DNA of 64,000 bases, taken from the NCBI GenBank assembly GCA_002269645.1, contig NIVC01003487.1, forward strand, positions 31,332 to 95,331. The letters are read 5' to 3'. Source of the stretch: Macrostomum lignano (Eukaryota). Position 1 is the first letter of the stretch; every line of letters begins with the position of its first letter. Positions 25,121 through 38,620 of the stretch are shown piece after piece. The position numbers and the translations under genes are program-made. The notes under the pieces were generated by a model. The model saw nothing but the letters and a program-made list of their open reading frames with translations. It ran no database searches and was not told the DNA's origin.

Positions 25121-26646
25121 ATCGGCCGCATGAGAGCTAAAAGGCGGCAACTCGACCCGCGCTCAAAAAGGCTCGGCCTGATACTGCCTTCAGGCTCTTC
25201 TCCCTTCGGTCCTGCCGACCTGATCCCCCTTCCCCGGCAGTTTTGGCTTCAACAGCTAAGTTCCCCCTGAGAAGCATCAGATCAATACATGTATCTCCCG
25301 GCAGTGATCTAAGAGCAGCAACGACAACCGGCAAGTGAAGAGTACCGGCGGCACCCGTCAGTTAAGATCAGCAGCAGCATCCCATCCGAGCGCTTCGGTC
25401 TCTGCGGATCCCTTGGCTACCGGCAGTTAGGTCCTCTGATTGGTTTGGTGAGAGGCTCTCTTGACCTGCTTAACTGGGTGCGCCTTTGTTTGACCCCTTC
25501 CTGGGTAGTCTGATAGGATTTGCACTTTTGCTTACTTGCTTTTTGCGTGCCAAACTCGAGGCAGAAGTGTCATTTAATACTAAAAGTAGCCATTTGCTCT
25601 GACTCAATCAAAGGCGTTTAGGATTGCGGATTAAGTAAGAAAGTTAAATCTAGAAGTTAAAGACTTAGTGTTTTCTTTCTTTTTCGCAATGCCAGCTGAG
25701 ATGAGTGGCTAGATCTAGGGGCAGAGGTCACAGTGGACCGGAAGCGGCACAGTTCCCAGTCAATTAGTCGATCTACTAAGCATTCATAATAAGCATGCAA
25801 CCTAAGTGCCAGACTGGTGCTTTCGCGCAGTCTCAGGCAGCTAAGCGGCTAAAGCGAGTTAAATGTTAGTCTAAAGATCTCCAAAGGCGGCAATACACCT
25901 ACATAATCGCTATCTGTCGACGCGTTAACACATTTAGTGCCAAAGGTGTGCAGTTACGTGTACTTGTACATGTACTTCTGGGAATTCGGTAATGAAATAG
26001 TACATTCAGTAGTGTATAGAGGCTCGCCAGCGCAAGAACCCCCTGCAGAAGTCCTCTCTGTCCCTGCATGGCCAATGCGATCTTAGTCCCTGCAGCGTCC
26101 CTTCTATTCGGCTATGACTTCGAGATTGACAGCTAAAAGACACTAGTTGGCAGGTGAGTGCTGTGCTCTCTAGTCGGAAGTCCGATTTCGATAGCTCCGG
26201 TTTGGTGAGCCGGGGCGCACGGACTGGGGGCAGCGGGTTAGTTAATCTGCGGATTAGCTAATCTCTACCTTTCAAATTCCCCCTGCTTGTCTCTCGCTGT
26301 CTTCTCTTAGCTATAGGACCTTGCTGCTCGCCCACAATCTAGCTACCACGGGGCTGACCATCTGACAGGAGTGAGAAGCCAGAGCTTTAAGTGATTCATT
26401 TCTGAGTTCCGAGGGCCGAAGCTACAGGCTTAAAAAGGCCGAACCCATCATTAGCAGGATATTTAGCAACTAGTAGATTGGATAAAAACGCAAATGTGTA
26501 TTTGTACTTCATAGAAGCAAAATAACTTTGGCATACATGTACTTGTAAGCATCGATCATGAATTTTTCAAATAAAGCTGTGATATTTTGCCATCCCTACG
26601 AGCGTACATGAAATCAAATTTGTCAAAGCAATGATGCAGCGCAGCA

Positions 26647-27660
26647 TCAGCCCTGAATGTAGTAATCGCCGAATCGAACCCGGGGCCTTCGAAATCCGCG
26701 ACCGCCCATTGTGTTGCGCAGCTGCTCGTCGGGCGAGTACTTCGGCTTGGGCCGCTCGAATTTCACCTCCGGGATGTCCGGATTGGACCAGATGTCCTTC
26801 AGGTCGTTGAGGTTCTCCGGGGTCATGGTGGGGTCAGGTATCACCGGCTCCTCCGCATCGACCTCAGCTGATCCTCCGGTGTCGCCGCCGCTTCCGCCTT
26901 CGACATCACCGGCAGGGTCGGGCAGCAGGTCGTCCAAATCGTCGTCGCTGTTTTCAGCGGAGGCTTCAACAGGAGGGGGTGAAATTTGAAGTCAGAGCAG
27001 CGATGAAACACCGGAGCGCAGATAGGGGAGTGAAATTGGGATGAGTTTAGAGACTCGAAATTCAGAGTGACATTGAAATTAGAAATGGTGGCGCAATAGA
27101 GTGCCATTGAAGTTTGAGTGACACGTACAGAACTGTATTAGAGTGACACAAGTGTATTGGAGTGACACAAGTGTATTGGAGTGACACAACTGTATTGGAG
27201 TGACACAACTGTATTGGAGTGATACAATTGTGTGTATTTGGGTGACACAAATGTATTGGAGTGACACAACTGTATTGGAGTGACACAACTGTATTGGAGT
27301 GACACAACTGTATTGGAGTGATACAATTGTGTGTATTTGGGTGACACAAATGTATTGGAGTGACACAACTGTATTGGAGTGACACAACTGTATTGGAGTG
27401 ACACAAATGTATTGGAGTGACACAAATGTATTGGAGTGACACAAATGTATTGGAGTGACACAAGTGTATTGAAGTGACACAACTGTGTATTGGGGTGACA
27501 AATGTATTGGAGTGACACAACTGTATTGGAGTGACACAACTATTTTAGAGTTACACAAATAAATAATTTTACCTGGCATGCCCATCGACTGAGACTTGAG
27601 CAGCAGCGCCGCAGTGAGAAGCAGGAGACTCAGGTTCGAGGCAGAAAACACGAGAAACAT
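26647..27660 (-). CDS. Putative secreted orphan protein, 134 aa; exons 27660-27573 and 26963-26647
   Basis: Signal-like MFLVFSASNLSLLLLTAALLLKSQSMG; phase-1 GT-AG intron fits (88+317 nt); acidic middle, basic C-terminus GRGFRRPRVRFG; GC3-rich codons. Confidence 0.7.
27118..27550. repeat. 19-bp intronic minisatellite (gtgacacaactgtattgga)
   Basis: Period of 19. Confidence 0.93.
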
Positions 27661-28077
27661 TTTCTTCGAAGTGGCAAAGCAAACACAAGTCTGTAAACTT
27701 TATCTGGTCGCTTTCCGGGTCTGTCGCAGATATTCATGCATGCTCAGCGACTTGCGATGACGAGTTTTTATAGGCAAAAAGATCGGAAATTGGAAATTGG
27801 TCAGTCTGGTGCAGTGAGTAAATTTGGCAGACTTCTTATCTTGGGCCTGAGAGCGTTCTGGGCGGGGGCAGTTCAGAATGCCTGCGTGGGCTTTGGGTGC
27901 CTAAAATTTGAAAGAATTACATGTACCTGCGGGTTATCACGAAGACACGGAAAATAATAATTACCAGCCATCACGTGACCACGCAAAACTCGCGGCTTCA
28001 TTTTGGTCATCGAAATAAAGCATAACAAAAATACATGTACAGTGTATGAGTATTAGATAGCTTATCTATGCACCACG

Positions 28078-29715
28078 GATGGCTAATCTAGCTCATGGGT
28101 TGCTAATCCATAGGTTGATAATCTAGCTCATGGGTTGCTAATCCATAGGTTGATAATCTAGCTCATGGGTTGCTAATCCATAGGTTGATAATCTAGCTCA
28201 TGGGTTGCTAATTCGTAGGTTGATAATCTAGCTCATGGGTTGCTAATCCATAGGTTGATAATCTAGCTCATGGGTTGCTAATTCGTAGGTTGATAATCTT
28301 GCTCATGGGTTGCTAATCCATAGGTTGATAATCTAGCTCATGGGTTGCTAATCCATAGGTTGATAATCTAGCTCATGGGTTGCTAATCTAGCTCATGGGT
28401 TGCTAATCCGTAGGTTGATAATCTAGCTCATGGGTTGCTAATCCGTAGGTTGCTAATCTAGCTCATGGGTTGCTAATCTAGCTCATGGGTTGCTAATCCA
28501 TAGGTTGATAATCTAGCTCATGGGTTGCTAATCCGTAGATTGATAATCTAGCTCATGGGTTGCTAATCTAGCTCATGGGTTGCTAATCCATAGGTTGATA
28601 ATCTAGCTCATGGGTTGCTAATCCATAGGTTGATAATCTAGCTCATGGGTTGCTAATCCGTAGATTGATAATCTAGCTCATGGGTTGCTAATCTAGCTCA
28701 TGGGTTGCTAATCCATAGGTTGATAATCTAGCTCATGGGTTGCTAATCCATAGGTTGATAATCTAGCTCATGGGTTGCTAATCTAGCTCATGGGTTGCTA
28801 ATCGGTAGGTTGATAATCTAGCTCATGGGTTGCTAATCTAGCTCATGGGTTGCTAATCTAGCTCATGGGTTGCTAATCTAGCTCATGGGTTGCTAATCTA
28901 GCTCATGGGTTGCTAATCCGTAGATTGATAATCTAGCTCATGGGTTGCTAATCTAGCTCATGGGTTGCCAATCCGTAGATTGATAATCTAGCTCATGGGT
29001 TGCTAATCTAGCTCATGGGTTGCTAATCCGTAGGTTGATAATGTAGCTCATGGGTTGCTAATCCGTAGGTTGCTAATCTAGCTCATGGGTTGCTAATCTA
29101 GCTCATGGGTTGCTAATCCGTAGGTTGATAATCTAGCTCATGGGTTGCTAATCTAGCTCATGGGTTGCTAATCCGTAGGTTGCTAATCTAGCTCATGGGT
29201 TGCAAATCCGTAGATTGATAATCTAGCTCATGGGTTGCTAATCTAGCTCATGGGTTGCTAATCCGTAGGTTGATAATCTAGCTCATGGGTTGCTAATCCG
29301 TAGGTTGATAATCTAGCTCATGGGTTGCTAATCCGTAGGTTGCTAATCTAGCTCATGGGTTGCTAATCCGTAGATTGATAATCTAGCTCATGGGTTGCTA
29401 ATCTAGCTCATGGGTTGCTAATCCGTAGGTTGATAATCTAGCTCATGGGTTGCTAATCCGTAGGTTGATAATCTAGCTCATGGGTTGCTAATCCGAAGGT
29501 TGCTAATCTAGCTCATGGGTTGCTAATCCGTAGATTGATAATCTAGCTCATGGGTTGCTAATCTAGCTCATGGGTTGCTAATCCGTAGGTTGATAATCTA
29601 GCTCATGGGTTGCTAATCCATAGGTTGATAATCTAGCTCATGGGTTGCTAATCTAGCTCATGAGTTGCTAATCTAGCTCATGGGTTGATAATCTAGCTCA
29701 TGGGTTGCTTATCTA
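28078..29715. repeat. Satellite of mixed 20-bp (taatctagctcatgggttgc) and 15-bp (taatccataggttga) subunits, mainly a 35-bp higher-order unit
   Basis: Direct. Confidence 0.96.
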
Positions 29716-30379
29716 GCGCGTTCAGGATTTAATCATCCTGGGCTTTAAAATAGCTCAGCTCGAACTCCTGAAAAATAAATTAACGATGTTAAACGAACTT
29801 TTCAGATTTAAAACAGTAAATCTATAATTAATTTCAATATTTATTATTGTCCTTTTTTGTCACAAACAACAAATCACCCGCAGCTCATAAAACAGAAAAT
29901 TTACGTTCTTTTACTCAATAGGTACAGAATCTGTCTGAAATTTCACGCACAGAATTTAACAATTAGCACGGAAGACGTGGCCACCAAGCTCAGTTTATGG
30001 CACATGCGCGCGTCCGTTACGGATTTATCAAAAATGCACAAATTTGTTTAAATCGGAGAGAGAGTTATTACGAGCGTATTGGCCCGACTCAATCAAAAGG
30101 CGTAAAAGTGAGAGCACTGCGACCGCTTCAACACTGCTTATCTTGCACTGAGAATGTTCTGATTTTTAACAATTTTTTCTAATACGACTAGTGTTGCGGT
30201 GGCTACTTGTACTTGAGTGAGTAGGCAAGTAAGGAGTTTTACATTTGAAACATAAACATTTGAATGTTTTAATGAGTTTTAAAGAAAATTTGCTCTTAAC
30301 TATACTTGAGCACATGTAGTTACTGGCCTGCTCCTTAACACGACTGGCTGTTCAAATTTGCATTCAAAGCTGCAACTTG

Positions 30380-30785
30380 GAGAGGGGAGAGGAGAGGGAA
30401 GATAGAAGAGGGGAGAGAGGAGAGGGGAGAGGGGAGAGCGAAGATGGGTGAGAGGAGAGGGGAGAGGCGAGAGGCGAGAGGGGAGAGAGGAGAGGGGAGA
30501 GGCGAGAGGGGAGAGAGGAGAGGCGAGAGAAGAGAGGGGAGAGAGGAGAGGCGAGAGAAGAGAGGGGAGAGAGGAGAGGCGAGAGAAGAGAGGGGAGAGG
30601 CGAGAGAGGAGAGGCGAGAGAGGAGAGGCAAGAGAGATAAGGGGAGAGAGGAGAGAAGGGAGAAGAACGCTGAGAAGAGACTTATTAAGTCTTGATCAGA
30701 TCAGATTGGTATTGTGAAGTTTCAAACGACCCGAGGGAGGGCCTTTGATAGAGAGACTTTGCGGGCCGTAGTTTGGCGACCCCTG
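30380..30785 (+). mobile_element. hAT-type MITE fragment (GA-rich core plus right end)
   Basis: Ends in gagagactttgcgggccgtagtttggcgacccctg, matching the right end of the 61240-62086 element; left TIR not found. Confidence 0.6.
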
Positions 30786-31086
30786 CTCCATTTGAAGCAT
30801 TAGTTAAAGGCTCAATGTTCTGTGCGAAAATGCATCATTGAGATGGGAAATTTCAGTTTTTAAGCACTAATCTAAATATACTAAATCTCTAAGGTTTGTA
30901 TGTTTGTCCATAACGCTCTAGAGATTGCAATAAATTTACTATTCCTGAATGTTTTGGACTGACGACATTTTTGGCCTTGTACTATCTAGCCAATAAAGCA
31001 GCCTGCAATTGAATATTCGCGTCACCTCGTGTTGCCAGTCCGGTCCCCGAGCTGCGGGAGGGCCAGTCAGTCACGTGACCGGGGGC

Positions 31087-33933
31087 TCAGCCGAAGCAGA
31101 TGCAGTCCAAGCAGGCCGCCAGCTTGAAGCACAGCCAGTAGCGCAGAAGGGCGAAGCACAGGGCGCCGCAGGACAGCAGGCAGATGGCCCACCACAGCCC
31201 GGCAAGGCCGGGGTCCTCCGACTGCAGTGACTCCTCCACCGCGTGCACCAGCCGCTCGCGCTCGGCGCGTCGCTCGGCCAGCGACAGCCTCGGCCAAGTC
31301 GGCAGAGCAAGCGGCGGCGGCGGCGACGGTGGAAGGTCGCGAGCTCGACGCCACTGTTGCCAACCGCGCAGCAGGGAACGCCGCAGGCTGGGCGGTGGCG
31401 GCGGCGGCGGCTGCCGTCTCGAATCCGCGGCGTCGGCGGACACCGGGATGAAGTCGTAGGCGTCGTGAAGCAGCAGGGCGACGACAGCGTGGTTGGCGTG
31501 ACTGTGCCAGCGACAGCCGTCTGCGGGCGGGTGGGGGGGTGATCGGGTGCTGACACAGGTGAGTCAGGGTGATTAGGTGCTGACTGAGGTGAGTCAGGGA
31601 GGCTAGATCACTTAATTATTGCTCCAGACTCAGGGACAAGCAGATGCCGCATATTTTATTCACTTCGGTCATCATTTTTTATCGCTGATAACAAATTTTA
31701 AATATCCATTTTTGTTTTTTTCAGCAGAAGTTTCTGTTTAAGCTGTACTTAAGCAGTTCCTGCTTTGCTCTCACCTGGTCACCTCGACTCACCTCTGCCG
31801 ATAAGATAAGAGTGCGCGCTGCGGCAGGGCGAGTGAAGAGACTTATCTCTTGGATTTCAGAAGAGTTTACTTAAGGCTGCTCCAAGTGAGGCACTATCTG
31901 GTGGGTCTTGCTTGACCATCTGATGCATGTAGACTCGGTTTTGTCCCTCTAGCATAGTTGTGACGCCACTATCCCAGTTGTGACGCCACTATCCCAGTTG
32001 TGACGCCACTATCCCAGTTGTGACGCCACTATCCCAGTTGTGACGCCACTATCCCAGTTGTGACGCCACTATCCCAGTTGTGACGCCACTATCCCAGTTG
32101 TGACGCCACTATCCCAGTTGTGACGCCACTATCCCAGTTGTGACGCCACTATCCCAGTTGTGACGCCACTATCCCAGTTGTGACGCCACTATCCCAGTTG
32201 TGACGCCACTATCCCAGTTGTGACGCCACTATCCTAGTTTTGACACTACTATCTCAGTTTCGACGCCACTATCCCAGTTGTGACGCCATTATCCCAGTTG
32301 CGACGCCATTATCTCAGTTGTGACGCCACTATCACAGTTTCAATGACACTTAAATGATGAGTCAGACGCCTTGGCCCTCAGCTGTTCAGTCCCTCTGCCA
32401 TTTTGACAGACCAAAACTGATTTCCTCGCCCCCAGCAACTGCTTCGCCCTGTGATTTTCGATTGCTACTGTAACAACGTCATAAATCAGCCAATATAGCC
32501 TGAAATGCGGGTCACTGCAACATACCAGGCGCGCTCAGGCTGACTGAATGCCTGCATCCTGATGTGTGCAGATGAAGGCTGTTCCAGTCATTAATTATGC
32601 AAATTGCCATTCAGAGCGCAGTTACAGCCAGGTACTTATTTGCCAGAGCAGGCAATTTAAGACTGCAGACGAGGGCTTTGTACTGAGTCGCTTAATTGTG
32701 CATTGACTTTAACAGGTTTTAAACTCTGACATTCAAAATGGCACTCTGATATTCAAAATGGCACTCTGATAGTCAAAATGGCACTCTGATAGTCAAAATG
32801 GCACTCTGACATTCAAAATGGCACTCTGACATTCAAAATGGCACTCTGACATTCAAAATGGCACTCTGACATTCAAAATGGCACTCCGACATTCAAAATG
32901 GCACTCTGACATTCAAAATGGCACTCTGACATTCAAAATGGCACTCTGATAGTCAAAATGGCACTCTGATAGTCAAAATGGCACTCTGACATTCAAAATG
33001 GCACTCACCTTCCAGACCGTCAGCGTCTCGCTGACTCGTCGGCTCCTCCGGCAGCAGCCGCAGCCGTGCCGGGTTGATCAGCCGCAGGCGGCCCTGCCTG
33101 TCCACCCCGAAGTCGTCGAGCTCCGTTGCCGGCGACAGCACCGGCAGCAGCGGCCTCGCCGTTGCCGTCAGCGACCTCGCCGAGTCCAGCTCGTCGGCGA
33201 AGCGCAGCAGGCGGAGGCCGAGCTGCAGCCGGAGCTGCATGTCGGCGAACAGCAGGAAGCTCAGCGGGCAGCCGCCGCCAGCCAGACGGGTGACGCTAAG
33301 GCTGCCGCAGGCGGAGGCGGAGTCTTTGTTGGCCAGCCGCAGGTCGGCAAGGCCGGCCGACTGTCCGCAGTCTTTGTAGAAGCCGCCCGGCTGCAGCACA
33401 AAGACACTGGCATCGCTAGATGGAACCGTCAGCAGCGCCCCGTCGATGTGCTGGAGCCGCAGGAAGCTCAGCGACAGCGGCGGCGGCGGCGGCGGCGACG
33501 GCGCGGTCAGCTGGAGCTGCAGGCGGACGCAGCTGGCGGCGAGGCGCCACTCGGGCGTCGAGTTGGAGGCGGGAAGCGTGAGCTCGAAGCACTGCAGCGG
33601 GTTGGCCGGCAGCGCCGAGGAGTCGAGAGGCGCCGCGCCGAGCGCCAGACTGCGGGCCAGCCGGAACAGGTAGAGGCAGATGAGGGTGCTGAGCAGGAGC
33701 AGGTAGGCGCAGCTCAGAGCTCTGCCAGCCGCGGAGATGCACGCGCTGTGCCGCCTGAGGAACTCCTCGCATTCAGCGCAGCCAGCGTCGACTTCTTCAT
33801 CCTGGTCGGCAGCGTCGGCCCTCCAGGAGTGCTGGTGGCGGCGCCTGCGGTGCTGGCGGAACCCGCCGTACACGTTCTGCCGCGGCTGCAGGGGCCTGTC
33901 GCTGGGGGCGAAGTTGGCTGGCAGCGGCTTCAT
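31087..33933 (-). CDS. Uncharacterised membrane protein, ~452 aa, two hydrophobic segments; exons 33933-33009 and 31520-31087
   Basis: GAA G|gtgagt...ccgcag|AC phase-1 junction keeps the frame open (925+434 nt). TM-like LSCAYLLLLSTLICLYLF and LWWAICLLSCGALCFALL. GC3-rich codons. Confidence 0.7.
31955..32345. repeat. 20-bp minisatellite (atcccagttgtgacgccact)
   Basis: Near-perfect period of 20. Confidence 0.96.
32725..33000. repeat. 20-bp minisatellite (gcactctgacattcaaaatg) abutting the splice donor
   Basis: Period of 20; the minus-strand unit resembles the donor gtgagtgccattttgaat. Confidence 0.93.
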
Positions 33934-34544
33934 CGTGATGATGCGGTGCCGCCTGCAGAGCCTGATTTACTGAATCCCGGACGGTGTTAGCGGACTGCAG
34001 GCAGGAGGAATTGCTTCATGTTGCACCATGAGCTGCTCCGAGAGGGTATTTGAATGCGCAACGAGAAAATTCTATGCAGACCTGGAATTGGGGGGGGGGG
34101 CAATGTGCAATGGGAGGTCGGTGAGGCAAAATGGGTGAGAGAGAGCAGAATACAAGAATGCAGCAGTTGTGAGTCCAGGGTCAGAGTGGGGGGAGGGCGG
34201 CGGGGGGAGCCGCTGTCTGCACTGCGCACGCGGAATGCAATTGCAGGCGGCTGCCAGAGACGGGGAGGAGGGAGGGGGGAGCCCGGGCAGCGAGAGAACA
34301 GAAAACTTGCAGCGCGGCAGAGAACGGCCGACTGACTGGCTGTACAGTGCGCGGAGGGCTGCGACTCTGGTCCAGCTCTGCTTGGCGGGCTGAAATTTCG
34401 CCTAGCAACCATATTAACAGAGGGAAGACATAGCTGTGCATTAATAGGGAGAGGACTAGTGGCAGAGAAGAGCAAGAATGGAGCGGGAAAGAGAGGGAGA
34501 GCCAGGTGGGGGGGGGAGCAGAGCTTGGGGGTTGGGAGAGGGGC

Positions 34545-34985
34545 AATAGGGAGATGAGAGAGAAGAGACTTAGAGAAAGAGAAGAGAGAAGAGTTGAGAG
34601 AGATGAGAGAGGAGATGAGAGAGGAGGTGTGAGAGGAGATGAAATAGAAGAGATGAGAGATAGGAGATGAGAGAGAGAAGAGATGAGAGCAAAGAAATGA
34701 GGGAGGAGATGAGAGAGGAGATGAGAGAGAGGAAATGAGAGAGGAGATGCGAGAGAGGAGATGCGAGAGGAGATGAGAGAGAGGAGATGCGGGAGAGGAG
34801 CTGAGAAATAAGAGATAAAGAAGAGGAGATGGAAGACGAGGAGACGAGGAGATGAGAGAAGGGATACGAGAGATGATATGAGAAAGGAGCTGATAGAGAG
34901 GAACTGAGAGAGAAGACGGGATAGAGGAGATGAGAGAAAGGGGAGGAGAGGAGATGAGAAGACGAGGAGATAGTGAGAAGGAGAG
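34545..34985. repeat. GA-rich polypurine low-complexity tract
   Basis: Direct. Confidence 0.85.
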
Positions 34986-35749
34986 GCGGAGGGGGCGGGA
35001 ACGGTCACTTCCCTGGGAGCAAGGAATGGCATTTCTATCGCAGCAGCACCAATATTATCAAATAGATGAGAAAGTCTTCCTTGCAAGCGCCGCGGCAGCT
35101 ATATCTGTCCCGAGGTTATCCTCAGCCCCTGGCTCCCTCGTGGGCGTCGGCTGGGACAGATAGCTATGCAAATAGGATGGTGTAAATATGGAACAATTCT
35201 AATGGAGGCAGTGAGACAAAGGATAAGTTGGAACGGGGTCACAGCTGCTCAGCCTAATTACCAAATTATCTTGAAATAAGAAGTCTTACCGTAAATACGC
35301 CTTGTGTTGATAGCAAAGCTCGTAGAATAATCATTGATCTCATAAGAGTCATAACTCTGGCATTTCATGCCAGCGAGCTGTCGTGTATTTATTGCTAGAG
35401 ACCATAGACAGCATTCATATTAGTCTGCAGTCTTCATGCTTAGGCTTTAAAACAATCCATTCTCTACTAATGCTCAGTAGTCTAAATAGCATGCACATTG
35501 TTAGCCAAAGAATTTCCGTCAGAACTCTTTCAGTTATTTCTATCCTAAGAGCTTCCTGCCGTTCATGCGGCCGCCGCGGTGCCGGTCGTGGTAGTGGCCC
35601 CGCTTCGGCGCAGCTCGGACTGCGGCCTCCCGCTCCAGCTGGGACTCGTGCAGCTCGGGCCTGGCTTGAGCCTGCTGGATGGCAGGGTGCCAACATTTTG
35701 CTGCAGCTTTGGACTTTAGAGGGCTAAGGGGCGAGAGCTGGTTTAGAGG

Positions 35750-36835
35750 CTACTCTGTGACACTCATTCGGGCACCTCTGTGACACTCATTCGGGCACCT
35801 CTGTGACACTCATTCAGGCACCTCTCTGACACTCATTCAGGCACCTCTCTGACACTCATTCAGGCACCTCTCTGACACTCATTCGAGCACCTCTCTGACA
35901 CCCATTCAGGCACCTCTCTGACACTCATTCCGACACCTCTCTGACACTCATTCGGGCACCTCTGTGACACTCATTCAGGCACCTCTCTGACACTCATTCA
36001 GGCACCTCTCTGACACTCATTCGAGCACCTCTCTGACACTCATTCAGGCACCTCTCTGACACTCATTCCGACACCTCTCTGACACTCATTCCGACACCTC
36101 TCTGACACTCATTCCGACACCTCTCTGACACTCATTCGAGCACCTCTCTGACACCCATTCAGGCACCTCTCTGACACTGATTCGAGCACCTCTCTGACAC
36201 TCATTCAGGCACCTCTCTGACACTCATTCGAGCACCTCTCTGACACTCATTCGAGCACCTCTCTGACACTCATTCGGGCACCTCTCTGACACTCATTCAG
36301 GCACCTCTCTGACACTCATTCGAGCACCTCTCTGACACTCATTCAGGCACCTCTCTGACACTCATTCAGGCACCTCTCTGACACTCATTCGAGCACCTCT
36401 CTGACACTCATTCGAGCACCTCTCTGACACTCATTCAGGCACCTCTCTGACACTCATTCGAGCACCTCTCTGACACTCATTCGGGCACCTCTCTGACACT
36501 CATTCGGGCACCTCTCTGACACTCATTTGGGCACCTCTCTGACACTCTTCGAGCACCTCTCTGACACTCATTCGGGCACCTCTCTGACACTCATTTGGGC
36601 ACCTCTCTGACACTCATTCAGGCACCTCTCTGACACTCATTCAGGCACCTCTCTGACACTCATTCCGACACCTCTCTGACACTCATTCCGACACCTCTCT
36701 GACACTCATTCCGACACCTCTCTGACACTCATTCCGACACCTCTCTGACACTCATTCCGACACCTCTCTGACACTCATTCCGACACCTCTCTGACACTCA
36801 TTCCGACACCTCTCTGACACTCATTCCGACACCTC
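35750..36835. repeat. 23-bp satellite (gacactcattcaggcacctctct), ~47 copies
   Basis: Period of 23. Confidence 0.96.
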
Positions 36836-37594
36836 GTGGGCACCCTGACGCACTTTAACCGACATTGTCACACAACCGGCGAGAGGCATTACTGCCCATT
36901 CCACCGACTGCCCTGAGCAGGCACACAAGCGCGCGGATACGTACGCAGTCATACGCACAGGCACACATTCACACAGGAGTGTACAGCGGCCCTAACTTTA
37001 TTTATCGTTAGGCATGTACACTTCACTGCGCCTTGGGGGGTTGGCCCTCAAGGGCATTAATTGCACAAGCAGAGCCAAGCCGAGATTCCAATTCAGCCCC
37101 AAATTAATGTGACTGCACATGAAATCGAGCCGCAGGCACATGAGCCGGGGTGCAATTTCCCGAGATATACAGGTAGCTTAACGAAACAAATTTGAATTGA
37201 GTTTGTACAAGCTAATTTGACAGTTTAAAAATTACCTGAAAAAGCGCAGCGCTGCAAACCAAGAGAAGCAGCAGAATTGCAGCAGTTGTTTTTGTCATTT
37301 TTTATGTATAATTTCTATGAATTTGAGCAGTCTGGTTGCTAGGCCGGGCAATTTATTTCCTGTTGTATTTATCAGCATTTTGGCAGCATTTTTCCTCCCC
37401 AACTGGGCGGAATTCGATCATTTTCCGGATCAAACGGGACAGGCAAACAACTCAGCGTCAGCCGGTGACTGACAGGGGCAGCAAAAAAACTTTTTGTTTT
37501 AATTGGGTTTTGAGCAGCCGCGGTAAAATATTTTAAACATGCCTGATGCTGTTGGCGTATGCGGATCCACGACTTCAGTGGGTCGAAGAACAGC

Positions 37595-38620
37595 CTAGCT
37601 GTAGTACAGGATGGTCTGTCACAGTGAGTGCCGGCAATGACAGCCTAGCTGTAGTACAGAATGGTCTGCCAAGCTGTCACAGTGAGTGCCGGCAATGACA
37701 GCCTAGCTGTAGTACAGGATGGTCTGTCACAGTGAGTGCCGGCAATGACAGCCTAGCTGTAGTACAGAATGGTCTGCCAAGCTGTCACAGTGAGTGCCGG
37801 CAATGACAGCCTAGCTGTAGTACAGAATGGTCTGTCACAGGGAGTGCCGGCAATGACAGCTTAGCTGTAGTACAGAATGGTCTGCCAAGCTGTCACAGGG
37901 AGTGCCGGCAATGACAGCCTAGCTGTAGTACAGAATGGTCTGTCACAGTGAGTGCCGGCAATGACAGCCTAGCTGTAGTACAGAATGGTCTGTCACAGTG
38001 AGTGCCGGCAATTGCAGCCTAGCTGTAGTACAGAATGGTCTGCCAAGCTGTCACAGGGAGTGCCGGCAATGACAGCCTAGCTGTAGTACAGAATGGTCTG
38101 TCACAGGGAGTGCCGGCAATGACAGCTTAGCTGTAGTACAGAATGGTCTGCCAAGCTGTCACAGTGAGTGCCGGCAATGACAGCCTAGCTGTAGTAATGG
38201 TCTGCCACAGTGAGTGCCGGCAATGACAGCCTAGCTGTAGTACAGAATGGTCTGTCACAGTGAGTGCCGGCAATGACAGCCTAGCTGTAGTACAGAATGG
38301 TCTGCCACAGTGAGTGCCGGCAATGACAGCCTAGCTGTAGTACAGAATGGTCTGTCACAGTGAGTGCCGGCAATGACAGCTTAGCTGTAGTACAGAATGG
38401 TCTGCCAAGCTGTCACAGTGAGTGCCGGCAATGACAGCCTAGCTGTAGTAATGGTCTGCCACAGTGAGTGCCGGCAATGACAGCCTAGCTGTAGTACAGA
38501 ATGGTCTGCCACAGTGAGTGCCGGCAATGACAGCCTAGCTGTAGTACAGAATGGTCTGTCACAGTGAGTGCCGGCAATGACAGCCTAGCTGTAGTACAGA
38601 ATGGTCTGCCAAGCTCTCAC
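37595..38620. repeat. 50/58-bp tandem array derived from the last codons, stop codon and early 3'UTR of the GT31 gene
   Basis: The minus-strand unit reads ...GCTTGGCAGACCATTCTGTACTACAGCTAGGCTGTCATTGCCGGCACTCAC, identical to the CDS end AWQTILYYS*. Confidence 0.93.

Noticed and set aside
24486-26366. Solo LTR bounded by TGTCAG...CTGACA
   Set aside because: No 4-6-bp target-site duplication flanks these termini.
26660-26720. Neuropeptide F (GRPRFamide) call
   Set aside because: The motif is PRVRFG followed by DYY, lacking the GK/R amidation signal and the NPF helix; kept only as an orphan.
32998-33990. 330-aa plus-strand ORF (and similar antisense ORFs over the LINE and RASSF exons)
   Set aside because: Shadow ORFs of GC3-rich coding sequence on the opposite strand.
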